Counted from the whole stretch's first letter, positions 1 to 12,890 are shown. The stretch: 63,938 nucleotides of DNA, filler included, from Octopus bimaculoides (GCF_001194135.2; 8 parts of 8 records of this genome joined end to end with filler, not necessarily neighbours in it), one strand, 5' to 3'. Program-made: numbers and translations. Notes: generated from the letters alone by a model not told the origin.

Positions 1-1036
1 ATATATATATATATATATATAGGTATATATATATAATATATGCATGTATATACATGTACATATTTATATATATACATACATGCATAAACACACCATACAC
101 GCACGTGTGCATGCACACACACACACACACATGCACGCACACGCTCGCACAAACACACATACATGTAATGCCTAATATATATATTAGAAACGTGTGGGGT
201 TCACAACATAATTTATCTATTTAATCTCTCGCTTAAGGTGATACACACCCCAACAGGGCCGCAGGATCACTTGCATAAAACAGAAACAAAGAAACAAAAA
301 GATCAAGAAAATAACATAACATTAAAGAGAAAAAAATAAACCATAGGTGCAAACATTCTCATATGTTTCTCACAATACCAAGCTTAGAAAAGAAGAGAAA
401 TAATGTTGGGTAGAAAAGCTGGAATATAGCCAAAAGCAGCAATCTAGAATATAATGGGTTTAGAGAAGTAAGTGTGATGGCCTCTAGAACTTAACAGAAA
501 GCTAACCAGTTTAATTAACTGAATTCCGACACCCATTTTCCTTCTGAATTTTCATTTTTTCTTTTGAGTGTTTTTTTGTTTTTCGGTGGGGGGATTGGTG
601 GGGGGATTGGGTGGGGAGATTGGTTTAAGTCTTAGCATAAGATATTGTTTAACATTTAAACTGTGTATTATAACTGTGTACTTAACCTGTGTATAATGAG
701 TATTAAAATGGAACACATAAATTGATGAATGAAAATGTATACGTAACTTCAATATAACGCTTTCAAATTTTAGCACATGACAGCAACTTTAGAGAAGAGG
801 TTAAGTTGATTACATAAACCCAAGTGCTCAACTTGTACTTATTTTATCGACCCCCAAAAGGATGAAAGACAAAGTTAACCACAGTAGCAATTGAACTCAG
901 AACATGATGCACCAGAAGAAAAATTGCTAAGCATTTAGTCTGACATGTTAACAATCCACTCAGCCTGCCACCTTATTTAATTGATATTGAAGCTGAGTAT
1001 TACAAATTGCATATCTAAATTGAATATATAAGCACA

Positions 1037-1239
1037 GGAGTGGCTGTGTGGTAAGTAGCTTGCTTACCAACTACATGGTTTCGGGTTCATTCCCACTGCG
1101 TGGTACCTTGGGCAAGTGTCTTCTACTATAGCCTTGGGCCAACCAAAGCCTTATGAGTGGATTTGGTAAACGGAAACTGAAAGAAGCCTGTCATATATAT
1201 ATATCTGAATGAGGTTTGTAACCTTCAATTGTGCTTCTG

Positions 1240-1272
<33 letters not shown>

Positions 1273-1525
1273 GATATCTGTGTGTGTGTGTGTATGTATA
1301 TGTGTATATGTTTGCGTGTCTGTGTTTGTGCCCCACCATCGCTTGACAACCGATGGTGGTGTGCTTACATCCCCGTAACTTAGCGGTTCGGCAAAAGAGA
1401 CTGATAGAATAAGTACTAGGCTTCCAAAGAATAAGTCCTGGGGGCGATTTGCTTGACTAAAGGCGGTGCTCCAGCATGGCCACAGTCAAATGACTGAAAC
1501 AAGTAAAAGAGTAAAGAGTAAAGCG
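1037..1525 (+). mobile_element. tRNA-derived SINE family A (CORE-like domain, internal TA/TG microsatellite)
   Basis: Pol III-like A box TGGCTGTGTGG and B box GGTTCA(T/G)TCCC, then CCTTGGGCAAGTGTCTT (resembles the MIR/CORE motif), and a (GAGTAAA)n-like tail. Near-identical to 7397-7818 and 62690-63077. Confidence 0.85.
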
Positions 1526-1967
1526 AGAGTAACGTGTAAACTAATTTTATTCAATATTGTAAACCAAAAATATATTCAAATCTTGTGTTATAAACAGCTC
1601 TATTATGGGAACATTATCAAAATTACTTATTTAATGTATGTGTGTTGTTAAAATGCTACTAAGCTGCAGTATTTCATCTAAAGGATATGAAAAGTGTTAA
1701 AATACCCAGCGTACTTCTAAGTTAGGTGAAACAAAATTGACCCAGAATTGAATGAAAGCAACAGATGTTGATATTTTGTAGTTATTTCTGTTCATCAGTG
1801 ACACATACTCCTTCGTTTACAAAAAGGGGTCACAACAGCCAACGAGAAAAATGAATACAAATAACAAATAACATAAATTCTATTTACTGACGTGCAAATG
1901 TGTCTCACAAATAAAACAAAATTCAAACTTTGCATAAAAAGCAACTCAGTGATGTAAAGACTATCAG

Positions 1968-2257
1968 TATCATCACCATCATCATCATCATCATCGTCGT
2001 CGTCGTTGTCATCATCATCATCATCGCCGTCGTCGTCATCATCATCGTCATCATCATCATCCGCATCATCATCATCATCACCATCATCATCCTCCTCCTC
2101 ATCATCATCGCCATAGTCATCATCATCGTCGTCATCATCATCGTCATCAACATCATCTGCATCATCATCATCATCATCATCATCGCCGTTGTCGTCATCA
2201 TCGTCGTCATCATCGTTGTCATCATCATCCTCATCATCCTCATCATCATCATCATCA
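1968..2257. repeat. Interrupted (ATC/GTC)n microsatellite
   Basis: Direct reading; it produces the poly-D, poly-M and poly-I pseudo-ORFs. Confidence 0.95.
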
Positions 2258-2797
2258 TTTAATGTCCATTTTCCATGCTGGTATGGGTTGGACAATTTGA
2301 CAAGAGCTGGCATGTCAGTAAGCTGCTGCACTGGGCTTTAATTTTGTTTTGGCATGGTTTCAAAGCTGGATGCCCTTCTTAACGCCAAACAGCTTACAGA
2401 GTATACTGAGTACTTTTTATGACACCGGCATCAGTACCTTTTACGTGGTACCAGCTTGGGTGCTTTTTACATGACACCATCACATACTTAATGTATGCAT
2501 GTTGTTAGACACTTGTAACTGCAGTAGTTTGTCAAAGGGGAACCCCTTTAAAAGACATGCAACTTCTGAGCTAGGCAAATTCAATTGAAGTTATAACTCT
2601 AATGAGCAGAAATGTCATTAGCGCTAATGAGAATTCTTGTCAAGGAAGTCTACACCAACATACCATAATGACAAGTTGAGCCTGTGAGACAATTTCTATG
2701 TTTTTCTGCTTACTTATAGAAATAACTGTCAAATCTCCCTCAAATAAAAAAAAAAAGGATACATTGGATAATGACTATAATAGCTATGTCTGGAATG

Positions 2798-3174
2798 TGT
2801 AGGCGCAATGGCCTAGTGGTTAGGGCAGCGTACTCGCGGTTTTGATTCCCAGACCGGGCGTTGTGAGTGTTTATTGAGCGAAAATACCTAAAGCTCCACG
2901 AGGCTCCGGCAGGGTATGGTGGCGAACCCTGCTGTACGCTTCCACCACAACTTTCTCTCACTCTTACTTCCTGTTTCTGTTGTGCCTGTAATTCAAAGGG
3001 GTTAGCCTTGTCACACTTAGTCACGCTGAATATTCCAGAGAACTACTTTGAGGGTACACGTGTCTGTGGAGTGCTCAGCCACTTGCATGTTAATTTCACG
3101 AACAGGCTGTTCCGTTGATTGGATCAACTGGAACCCTCGATGTCGTAAGCGACGGAGTGCCAACAACAACAATG
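2798..3174 (+). mobile_element. tRNA-derived SINE family C with target-site duplication
   Basis: A-box-like TGGCCTAGTGG, B-box-like GGTTTTGATTCCC and a (CAA)n tail. 13-bp TSD with one mismatch: TATGTCTGGAATG at 2785-2797 and TATGTCTGAAATG at 3175-3187. Confidence 0.88.
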
Positions 3175-3228
3175 TATGTCTGAAATGATGAGATGGTCAA
3201 GGCTGGAATACCTTTGTTAAGAAATTAA

Positions 3229-3759
3229 CTCTTTAGCATTCAGACTACTCTGTCAAATGTCTAATTAAATTCTAACTGGCATTCCACCAGTTATGACAAT
3301 AAGGGTTCCAGTTGATCTAATCAACAGAGCAGCCAGTTCATGAAATTAATGTGTGAGTGACTGAGCACTCCATAGACACACATACGTACCCTTTAATGTG
3401 GTTCCCAGGGAAATTCAGTGACACACAGAATGTGACAAGGCTGGCCATTTGAAATACAGGTACTACTTGTCTTTGCCAGCTGAGTGCACTGGAGCTACAT
3501 GAAATAAAGTGTCTTGCTCAAGGACTCAATGTGCTCCAGGAATCGAACTCTTGATCTTATGACCATACGCCAAATACCCTAACCACTGAACCATTCACAT
3601 TGTTTTGAATTAATCACACATTATTTTGTAGCCCGGGGATTTTGATGATGTGGTCAGTGATATTTAGAATGACATTGCTGAGTAGGTGTGAGAGGTTGGA
3701 TCTGGCCAGTCTGAACATAAAACAGGTAAAATACTTTAACCAGTTTAAATGCTAAAGGG
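3229..3759. mobile_element. piggyBac-type MITE interrupted by SINE fragments
   Basis: TTAA (3225-3228) followed by CTCTTTAGCATT ... AATGCTAAAGGG (ends 3759), an inverted terminal repeat; SINE-derived sequence lies at about 3285-3600. Confidence 0.55.
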
Positions 3760-4559
3760 TTGCTTTGCCAGTGCTGGTTTGGCGCTACTTCCACAAAAAC
3801 CTTCCAGCTCACTTACTCACTTCTCCTATATTGTGACCACCTCCACCAAGCCCTTACTGTTCAGCTGACCATAAATTTTTTCCTAGTATTATAACAAGGT
3901 ACAGCTAGCCATTACTTGTGAGTGAGTATAGCTTGGTAGCACATGCCATACTTTGCTAGTTGTTTGAGGTGCTTGTGTAGTCTTGAGCAGACACAGAAGT
4001 CATGAGCAGGCACAGACATTTTCACAGGCCCCTCACAGGTCCCTCACAGGCCCCCTCCAAGCACTCACCTATGATCCAGGGGAATACCTAAGAAGGAGAG
4101 AGAACTGCACCAGCACCCCAGCTGATGCTCATTGCTAAAGAAATAATGTACTTAGAGCAGTGACAAAAATGAAGTCCCATGCTCAAGGACACAACGTATC
4201 ACCCAGTCCAAGAATTGAAACCTCATGCTCTTTTGGTCATGATTTCAACATCTTAACCACTAGGCTACAATACTTACACTAATCCAACAAAGTGAAATTA
4301 ATTACCTCTGCACCTCACCCACCCCAACTTCAACAGCAGCAGCAGTGAACTATAAGACTTGTGTCTAATTAAAAAGGAATCGCTATTGTCTCCCAGGTGT
4401 TTGTTCCGTGTTGTCTGAAACACCTCGGCTTTAGCAAGAAAGTATACTTAATTAACGAAGATTTAATGACGTCCTAATTTCGCAGACAGCAAAAACACCA
4501 ACAAAAATTTTCAGATTTAATAATTTTCAAACTTTTGGCATTTCAGTTGTGCTATTGTT

Positions 4560-5330
4560 GCATTTAGCAGCAGCAGCAGCAATAGTGGTGGTGGCAGTGG
4601 TGGAAACAGCAGCAGCAGGAATAGTAGTAGTAGTAATAGTAGTAGTATTAGTGGTGGTGGTAGTAGTAGTAGTAGTAGGTGTGCTGGTCATGAAGTAGGT
4701 GTGATAATCATTAATTTCTATAGTGATGTGATTACGGCGTGAGAGTGGTCGTCATGGTAAAGGTTGCAGTATGGTGGTACGGTAATAATTGTGTGACAGT
4801 GGCGGTGAGGCGGGAGAGTAATTGCGGTAGTGGTGGTGATGGTGGTCGTGGTGATGGTGGTCATGGTGACAGTGGTGGTGGAGGTGGTTGTGCACTGGTT
4901 GTGGCAGTAGTGGTGATGATATTAGTAATAGTAGTGGTGGTGTATGGCGTGATAGTGATGTAGTAGTAGTAGTGTGATAGTGATGTGATGGTCGCAATGA
5001 TATGACAGTAATAGCGTGATAGCGGTGATGGTGGTGGTGGTGGGAGTAGTGTAATAGTAATAATAGTGGGTTCACGGTGGTGGTTGTGAGAGTATTGTGA
5101 TGATGGCAGAGGTTAGGGTGGTAGTGCGAAAGTAATAGTCTAGTAGTAATTCTGGCGGTGGTGGTGGTGGTGGTGGCAGTGGTGGTGATGGTGGTGGTGG
5201 TGATGGTGGTGGTCGCGATGGTGGTGGAAAGCAAACATATACACACAGACACACACACACACACACACACAGACATACACACATACATACATACACATAC
5301 ACGCGCGCGCGCACACACACACACACACAA
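4560..5330. repeat. Compound (GGT/AGT/GAT)n and (CA)n low-complexity tract
   Basis: Direct reading. Confidence 0.9.
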
Positions 5331-5613
5331 ATGTGTGTGTATATATGACAGGCTTCTTTCAGTTTCCATATACCAAATCCACACTCAAGGTTTTGGTCAA
5401 CCTGAAACTATAGTAGAAGACACTTGCCCAAGGTGTTATGCAGTGGGACTGAACCTGGAACCATATGGCTGAGAAGCAAACTTCTTACCACACTATCTTC
5501 GTGAATTTTAGAGATATCACTTGTAGTTACCTTTAATATATGTACAGGTGTGGAAGGTAGGCTAATAGAAAGGGAATTAATAGCATTCATTGTTACATAA
5601 ATAGTTATATATG

Positions 5614-5975
5614 TGAAGATGGATGGCTCAGTGGTTAGAGTGTCAAGCTCACAATCATGTGGTTGTGAGTTCTATTCCCAGGCTGGGCTGTGTTATATTC
5701 TTGAGCAAGACACTTTATTTCACGTTGCTCCAGTTCACTCAGCTGTAGAAATGAGTTGTAATATCACTGGTGCCAAGCTGCATCAACCTTTGTCTTTCCC
5801 TTGGATAACATTGGTGGTATGGAGAGGGGAGGCTGATATGCATGGGCGACTGCTGGTCTTCCATAAACAACCTTGCCTGGACTTGTGCCTTGGAGGGGAA
5901 CTTTCTAGGGGAACTTGGAGGGGATCTTTCTAGGTGCAATCCCATGGTCATTCATGACCAAAGAAAGTCTTTTTA
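5614..5975 (+). mobile_element. tRNA-derived SINE family D (V-domain-like)
   Basis: A box TGGCTCAGTGG, B-box-like GAGTTCTATTCC, then TTCTTGAGCAAGACACTTTAT...CTCCAGTTCACTCAGCTGTAGAAATGAGT. The 3' half recurs at 13294-13473. Confidence 0.75.
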
Positions 5976-7396
5976 CTTAAGTTTTACAAGAAATATTTAC
6001 TTCTATTTTACTATTTAAATAGGTGTATTATTTAATCTTAGTTTATTCTTGGTAATAGTTTACTAATTATTTAAAAGCAGTGAGCTGGAAGAATCGTTAA
6101 CACATCGGGCAAAATGCTTAGCAGCATTTTGTCATGTTTGTATGTTCTGGGTTCAAATTCTGTCAAGGTCAACTTTACCTTTCATCCTTTCAAGGTTAAT
6201 AGAATAAATACCAGCTAAACATTCGGGTTGATGTAATCAGATTATATTCATTGCATAACTGCAGGAAAATCAGTGCATTGCACATGGTTTTACCAAGACC
6301 ATGTTTTCCCAGGCAACACTCCCCTGAACTTGCTGGCCTTGTGCCAAAATTTGAAACCAATAACTTACTATCTACCATATTTTAATGTGTATAAGGAACC
6401 CTTGTGTATCAGGAACCTCCATATTTCTTGGACTTAAAATTTACAATAAAGGTTTTGTAAGGGATTATTAAACTATCCATGTATAAGAAACTCCCATATT
6501 TTTAAACTTAATTTTAGACAAAAATGGGTTCTTATACACGTTAAAATACGCTAATTGCATTATATTTTTGTAGTATCATGATTATCATAATGATTATTAT
6601 AATCCTTATTCACTTCTTGTTTTAGGTTTATTACTTGTCCTCCCTTTATTTAAATTATCTGCGTTCTGTTTGTTTTAGCAGTGCTAAGGAAAAAAGGTAG
6701 TGTTATTTTCATTGTCAGCCTGTAATTTGTTTGTTATATGTGCTTTGTTTATGTGCTTGCATTCAGGCATAGAGACTATTTTCTCATAAGATCTACTCTG
6801 TTTAAGAGTTTCGTTGTTATAGTTAGCATTATCATAGAAAATCTGGTTGTTTACTGACTGTTTAGAACTCAAATTAGAGTTCGTCCTAGAAGAAAGTAGC
6901 TGGTTTGTAACAAATAAACAAAACTCCATCAATGGAATTTGGATAACATCAATGATAAGTGATGTTGAACTTTAGAAAATTCTTGCATATTTTAATGTTA
7001 CATTGACAAACTGTATTTATAAAATATATGTTTCCTGATGTTTTCTTTTGCCTGAAAATCCAAGCGTTTCCAGATTTGTCTCTTTAACATCTATTTAACA
7101 TAACCAAATGAACCAATAATTATTGGTATAAATGTAAATTTATGATGTGGGCAGAGAAGGTGCAGGTTTCAAAGCAGTTGTTTTTTATCTTTTACTTGTT
7201 TCAGACCATGCTGGGGCACTACCTTGAAGAATTTTTAGGCAAATGAAATGGCCCCAGTACTTTTGTATTTTTTAAGCCTGGTTCCATTAGTCTTTTTTGC
7301 TGAACTGCTAAGTAAAAGGGATGTAAACACACCAGCACTGGTTGTCAAGTGGTGGTGGGGTCAAACACAGACACAAAGACAAACACACATTGATAT

Positions 7397-7818
7397 GGAG
7401 TGGCTGTGTGGTAAGTAGCTAGCTTACCAACCACATGGTTCCGGGTTCAGTCCAACTGCGTGGCACCTTGGGCAAGTGTCTTCTACTATAGCCTCGGGTC
7501 GACCAAAGCCTTGTGAGTGGATTTGGTAGACGGAAACTGAAAGAAGACCGTCGTATATATGTATATATATATATATATGTATTTGTGTTTGTGTTTGTGT
7601 GTCTGTGTTTGTCCCCTTAGCATTGCTTGACAACCGATGCTGGTGTGTTTATGTCCCCGTCACTTAGCGGTTCGGCAAAAGAGACCGATAGAATAAGTAC
7701 TAGGCTTACAAAGAATAAGTCCTGGGGTCGATTTGCTTGACTAAAGGCGGTGCTCCAGCATGGCTGCAGTCAAATGACTGAAACAAAAGAGTAATAAAAG
7801 AGTAAAGAGTAAAAGAGT
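7397..7818 (+). mobile_element. SINE family A, full-length copy
   Basis: Collinear with 1037-1525 over head, internal microsatellite and 3' half. Confidence 0.85.
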
Positions 7819-7839
7819 ATACATACACACACACACACA

Positions 7840-7939
7840 NNNNNNNNNNNNNNNNNNNNNNNNNNNNNNNNNNNNNNNNNNNNTTAATTAATTAANNNNN
7901 NNNNNNNNNNNNNNNNNNNNNNNNNNNNNNNNNNNNNNN
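7840..7939. other. Artificial scaffold-join spacer N44-TTAATTAATTAA-N44 (1 of 7)
   Basis: The identical 100-nt layout recurs at 18753-18852, 23433-23532, 25681-25780, 43375-43474, 56531-56630 and 58980-59079. The 12-mer gives stops in all six frames. Confidence 0.95.
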
Positions 7940-9290
7940 TATATATACATGCATATGGATGTAGGCATGTATGTAGGCATTTATGTAGACATATATATAC
8001 ACACACACAAAAATAATGCGTATATACACTGTTAGTTTGGCAGCTATCTTGATGTGAAATGATGTGTTGCGTAACACGCTCTTCTACTGTAAGTGGGTCT
8101 CTTTGCCAACGAAAAATCACACGCTGACTATATTTTCCTTTTGTTAATACTTCTGCACAAGTAGCAGATATAATGCTCCAAGATGAATACACGCCTACCT
8201 ATAGATCAGTATCTGTTCAAAATACCAACAGACATTCGCATCTGCCATATATTGCATGCTACTTAATCTACTGTTAATTACATATGATCAACATCTTATG
8301 TGCCATGGTGAGTACACTGGTGATTTATGATCCTAGCCTTGATAGAACAAAGTGTCACAAATATTTCAAACCAATAAAGCATCAACTTCAAAAGTTGCAT
8401 GCAGCAGAATCACACCATTCCCATGTTTGAAAATAGTATAATTTCTAAAGCTTATTCTAATAAGCAGAGACAGGTTATGTGGCACAATCACCACTGAATT
8501 GCAAGAGTTACAGTGTAGGTGTTATCTTGACTAGAATCCTTATCAAGAGTCAATTCATTGGTTTTCTCATTCATATTTCGAGGAAGCAACGTCTAAGAAG
8601 TTCACGGCTGCTTTCATTTTTCAAAATGTCATTCAGTGCAACCAGCCTAAAAGTTACATAGTTTGGCAGCACAGTAATAATATAAATGTTCTCCATCCTC
8701 ACAAATCTGTTATATACGAATATGGCATGTCATTTTGTATGGATGTCTGTATTTTTGTCAATAATATTCACATACTTAACACTGATACGTTAAATTATTT
8801 CCCTTAGCTGATTTTTTATTTAATTCATGCAAATGAGTTCGGGTGTAATGTGTTCTACAATTTTTGGATATGTCTACGTTCCTTGGCTACTGGAAATAGG
8901 TTAGAACAATTGTCATGCAGATGATGTGTATTGCAATAACAATATGTATCAATTTTCCTCTTCTTCTCAGAGAATAAACCCGCCCTTTTCCATACATGCA
9001 ATTTCAAATTACTAAAATAATTGATTCACGAGACTAGATAGATAGATAGATAGATAGAGGAACAGACAGACAGACAGACGCCATGAATTTTTAATTTATT
9101 AAACCTAATGCAGCCTCCATCCAGTGTGTCACACTGGATGGAGGATATATATATANNNNNNNNNNNNNNNNNNNNNNNNNNNNNNNNNNNNNNNNNNNNN
9201 NNNNNNNNNNNNNNNNNNNNNNNNNNNNNNNNNNNNNNNNNNNNNNNNNNNNNNNNNNNNNNNNNNNNNNNNNNNNNNNNNNNNNNNNNN

Positions 9291-9350
<60 letters not shown>

Positions 9351-9399
9351 CACACACAGATTAAGTAATAAACGCGTGTAACTTTTTCCACGAAATAAC

Positions 9400-9860
9400 A
9401 CGATGGGCTCAATATATTGAGGAAATATCTAGAGCGAACGCAATACATATACAGAAAATTACATATATCTTTATGGTATGAGAGGTGAGCAAGATCGGCC
9501 GGTAGTTCACTGCAAGGGACTTGATACACGTTTTGAATACTGGGACAATATCCTGAAACAGAAAGTTCTCAGGAATATGAACAACAGCCATTGAGTTCCT
9601 CTACAGGCTAGCAAGAGTAGATGCAAGTTGGTGTCTACGCACCTTCAGGATACGAGCAGGGAACCTATCAGGGAACCTATCAGGGCCTACTGCTGAATTG
9701 TGTTTAATTTCGTTTATTGCCGCTAAGAAACCAGGAGTGAGAAACGTTATGTCGTATATAGTGTGTTGAGGATTAGCATAACTGATACTATCGAGATCGC
9801 CCATGTCAGGATTGTCAAAAGCAAAGCAATACCGTTTCTGCAGTATAGCACTCATGGTTT
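9400..9860 (-). mobile_element. LINE reverse-transcriptase N-terminal fragment (CR1/L2/Jockey-like)
   Basis: Translates to SAVGPDRFPDRFPARILK...LASTLASL and IVPVFK..KSLAVNYRPILLTSHTIK, the GPD and NYRPISL motifs of RT domains 0-1. Frameshifted, with a 12-bp tandem duplication. Confidence 0.8.
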
Positions 9861-10849
9861 TGACATTATCTTGGAGAGTGCCATTTTCATCAGTTACTAT
9901 ATATATAGAATATATATATATATATANNNNNNNNNNNNNNNNNNNNNNNNNNNNNNNNNNNNNNNNNNNNNNNNNNNNNNNNNNNNNNNNNNNNNNNNNN
10001 NNNNNNNNNNNNNNNNNNNNNNNNNNNNNNNNNNNNNNNNNNNNNNNNNNNNNNNNNNNNNNNNNNNNNNNNNNNNNNNNNNNNNNNNNNNNNNNNNNNN
10101 NNNNNNNNNNNNNNNNNNNNNNNNNNNNNNNNNNNNNNNNNNNNNNNNNNNNNNNNNNNNNNNNNNNNNNNNNNNNNNNNNNNNNNNNNNNNNNNNNNNN
10201 NNNNNNNNNNNNNNNNNNNNNNNNNNNNNNNNNNNNNNNNNNNNNNNNNNNNNNNNNNNNNNNNNNNNNNNNNNNNNNNNNNNNNNNNNNNNNNNNNNNN
10301 NNNNNNNNNNNNNNNNNNNNNNNNNNNNNNNNNNNNNNNNNNNNNNNNNNNNNNNNNNNNNNNNNNNNNNNNNNNNNNNNNNNNNNNNNNNNNNNNNNNN
10401 NNNNNNNNNNNNNNNNNNNNNNNNNNNNNNNNNNNNNNNNNNNNNNNNNNNNNNNNNNNNNNNNNNNNNNNNNNNNNNNNNNNNNNNNNNNNNNNNNNNN
10501 NNNNNNNNNNNNNNNNNNNNNNNNNNNNNNNNNNNNNNNNNNTATATATATATTGCAACATATCTCGTAAATCGTTTTGTGGCACGTATTGTTTTTTACA
10601 TTTTGAAAAACTTGTCGCTAATAATCAATTGGGTATTGTGCTTACTCTTACTGTTACCAGTAATCTTTATTCTTAATCGATTTAAACTTTGACAGCAAAT
10701 TACACCAAGTCTATCTTTGAATAGATTTCGTGTGTTGTCGGTCTATAAAATTGTATAATCAGCCTGTGACCCACTTGATTGGTTATACGCCTCTTCTAAT
10801 TATTTGGAAAAAGAGTGGAAAATGAATTTCATTGTCAGAATATCATCAA

Positions 10850-11160
10850 TATAATCAAAATCATTAGCATCAGCATCATCATCGTTGTCGTCGTCGTCAT
10901 CGTCGTCATTAACATCGTTATTATCAACATCATCATCATCATAATAGTAACCACCATCTCCAGCAATACTGTTATCGCTACTCCTGTCATCATGTATATT
11001 AATAAAGGGATGATGATGATGATGATGATGATGATCATGATCATGATCATGATCATGATCATGATGATGATACAGTAAATAGATTGTAGGGAGAAGGACG
11101 AAAAAAATGATGATGATAATAATGGTGATGATGGTGGTGGTGGTGGTGGTTTTGGTGTTG
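10850..11160. repeat. (ATC)n / (GAT)n / (GATCAT)n compound microsatellite
   Basis: Direct reading. Confidence 0.9.
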
Positions 11161-11454
11161 ACGAGCAATCGGAGGAAGCGGTTAACAGAAGTGTTTGTTA
11201 TTCCATTAATTATTTAGAATTCATTTTGAGAATGTTATAGAAGAGCAGAATGGGAATGGAGAAGATGAGTGTAGTGATTATCATTGTAAAATAATGATTA
11301 GAGTTGGAGAATTTGCTAAAAATATAGATAATGATGATACTAATATAGTTTTTGACGATGATGGTGATGTTTATAATGATATTAAACGCAGCTGCGTACA
11401 GCTTGTTGCTAAATTACAGTAAGGTCATAAAATATTAATGACAATAAGGGGATA

Positions 11455-11480
11455 AAGAAGAAGAAGAAGAAGAAGAAGAA

Positions 11481-11511
<31 letters not shown>

Positions 11512-12000
11512 AAGGGGGATGAGGAGGAGGAGGAGGAGGAGGAATAGGAGGAGGAGAAGAAAAAGAAGAGAAGAAGAAGAAGAAGAAGAAGAAATAATAG
11601 AAGAAAGAGAAGAAGAAGAAGAAGAAGAAGAAGAAGAAGAAGAAGAAGAAGAAGGAGGAGGAGGAGGAGGAGAAGGAGAAGAAGAAGAAAAAGAAGAAGA
11701 AGAAGAAGAAGAGGAGGTGGAAGAAGAAGGAGGAGGAGGAGGAGAAGGAGAAGGAGAAGGAGAAGAAAAAAGAAGAAGAAGAAGAAGAAGAAGAGGAAGT
11801 GGAAGAAGAAGAAGAAAAAAGAAGGAGAAGAAGAAGAAGAAAAAGGAGGAGAAGGAGAAGAAGAAGAAGAAGAAGAAAGAGAAGAAGAAGAAGAAGAAGA
11901 AGAAGAAGAAGAAGAAGAAGAAGAAAAAGAAAAAGAAGAACGAAGTGGATGAGGAGGAAAGAAGACAAATAAAGAAGAGGGAGGGAAAAAGTAGAAAAAT
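11455..12000. repeat. About 550-bp polypurine (GAA/GGA)n tract
   Basis: Almost pure A/G on the + strand. Confidence 0.95.
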
Positions 12001-12570
12001 CGTTAATAATAAGAAATCACTATTATTATTATTATTGAAAGAGCAGGGCATGCCATCAAATATACACGGGGGTAGAATATACGAAGCCTAGTATACCCAT
12101 CATGACTACCCGTGTGATAAGGGTACACCAGGCACATGCATCACAACCATACGTGTGTGACATGGTGATCTCATATCAAGATGAATAGCGCATGACCTTG
12201 CAGGTGGAGGTTAGTTCGAATTTTCTTCAGGTAGAGTAGCTCATCCCATCCGAAAGGTCCCTGAATAAAGGTTGTTTAAGGATATTGAACAAAACACCCA
12301 TGTTTCCAAAGGTGAATTATCCAAACCCCAAAGAATTCCTCTCAACACATGACTATGATGCTCGTAATCAGAGATGCATATTTCGTCAGCCAATAAAGGA
12401 CATGCTCAACTGGTTAAGGTCACCTAAGCGACAAACAAATTTGTGGTATTGAGCAAAATATTTGCTGTAGCCCATCTTTTATACCAAGACAAGACAATGT
12501 ACATGATTACTCTTCTAATCAGTTAAAATAAGAAGCCATAAGAGCCACTGCCGGATATTTTATCAGGACA

Positions 12571-12619
<49 letters not shown>

Positions 12620-12890
12620 GTTGTTATTATTTATANNNNNNNNNNNNNNNNNNNNNNNNNNNNNNNNNNNNNNNNNNNNNNNNNNNNNNNNNNNNNNNNN
12701 NNNNNNNNNNNNNNNNNNNNNNNNNNNNNNNNNNNNNNNNNNNNNNNNNNNNNNNNNNNNNNNNNNNNNNNNNNNNNNNNNNNNNNNNNNNNNNNNNNNN
12801 NNNNNNNNNNNNNNNNNNNNNNNNNNNNNNNNNNNNNNNNNNNNNNNNNNNNNNNNNNNNNNNNNNNNNNNNNNNNNNNNNNNNNNNNNN

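Noticed and set aside
1795-2331. Poly-D/M/I ORFs, and similar poly-E/K, poly-N, poly-H, YIYI and CVCV ORFs throughout the track
   Set aside because: They are translations of tri- and dinucleotide microsatellites that are open in several frames at once, with no coding signal.
7884-7895. TTAATTAATTAA as a biological palindrome or homeodomain/PacI-type site
   Set aside because: It is always centred in exactly 44+44 Ns, so it is an assembly linker.
9763-10692. Long ORFs made of X (also near 27581, 29212, 32490, 35737, 53696 and 60831)
   Set aside because: They only span N gaps, most of which are flanked by (TA)n dropout.
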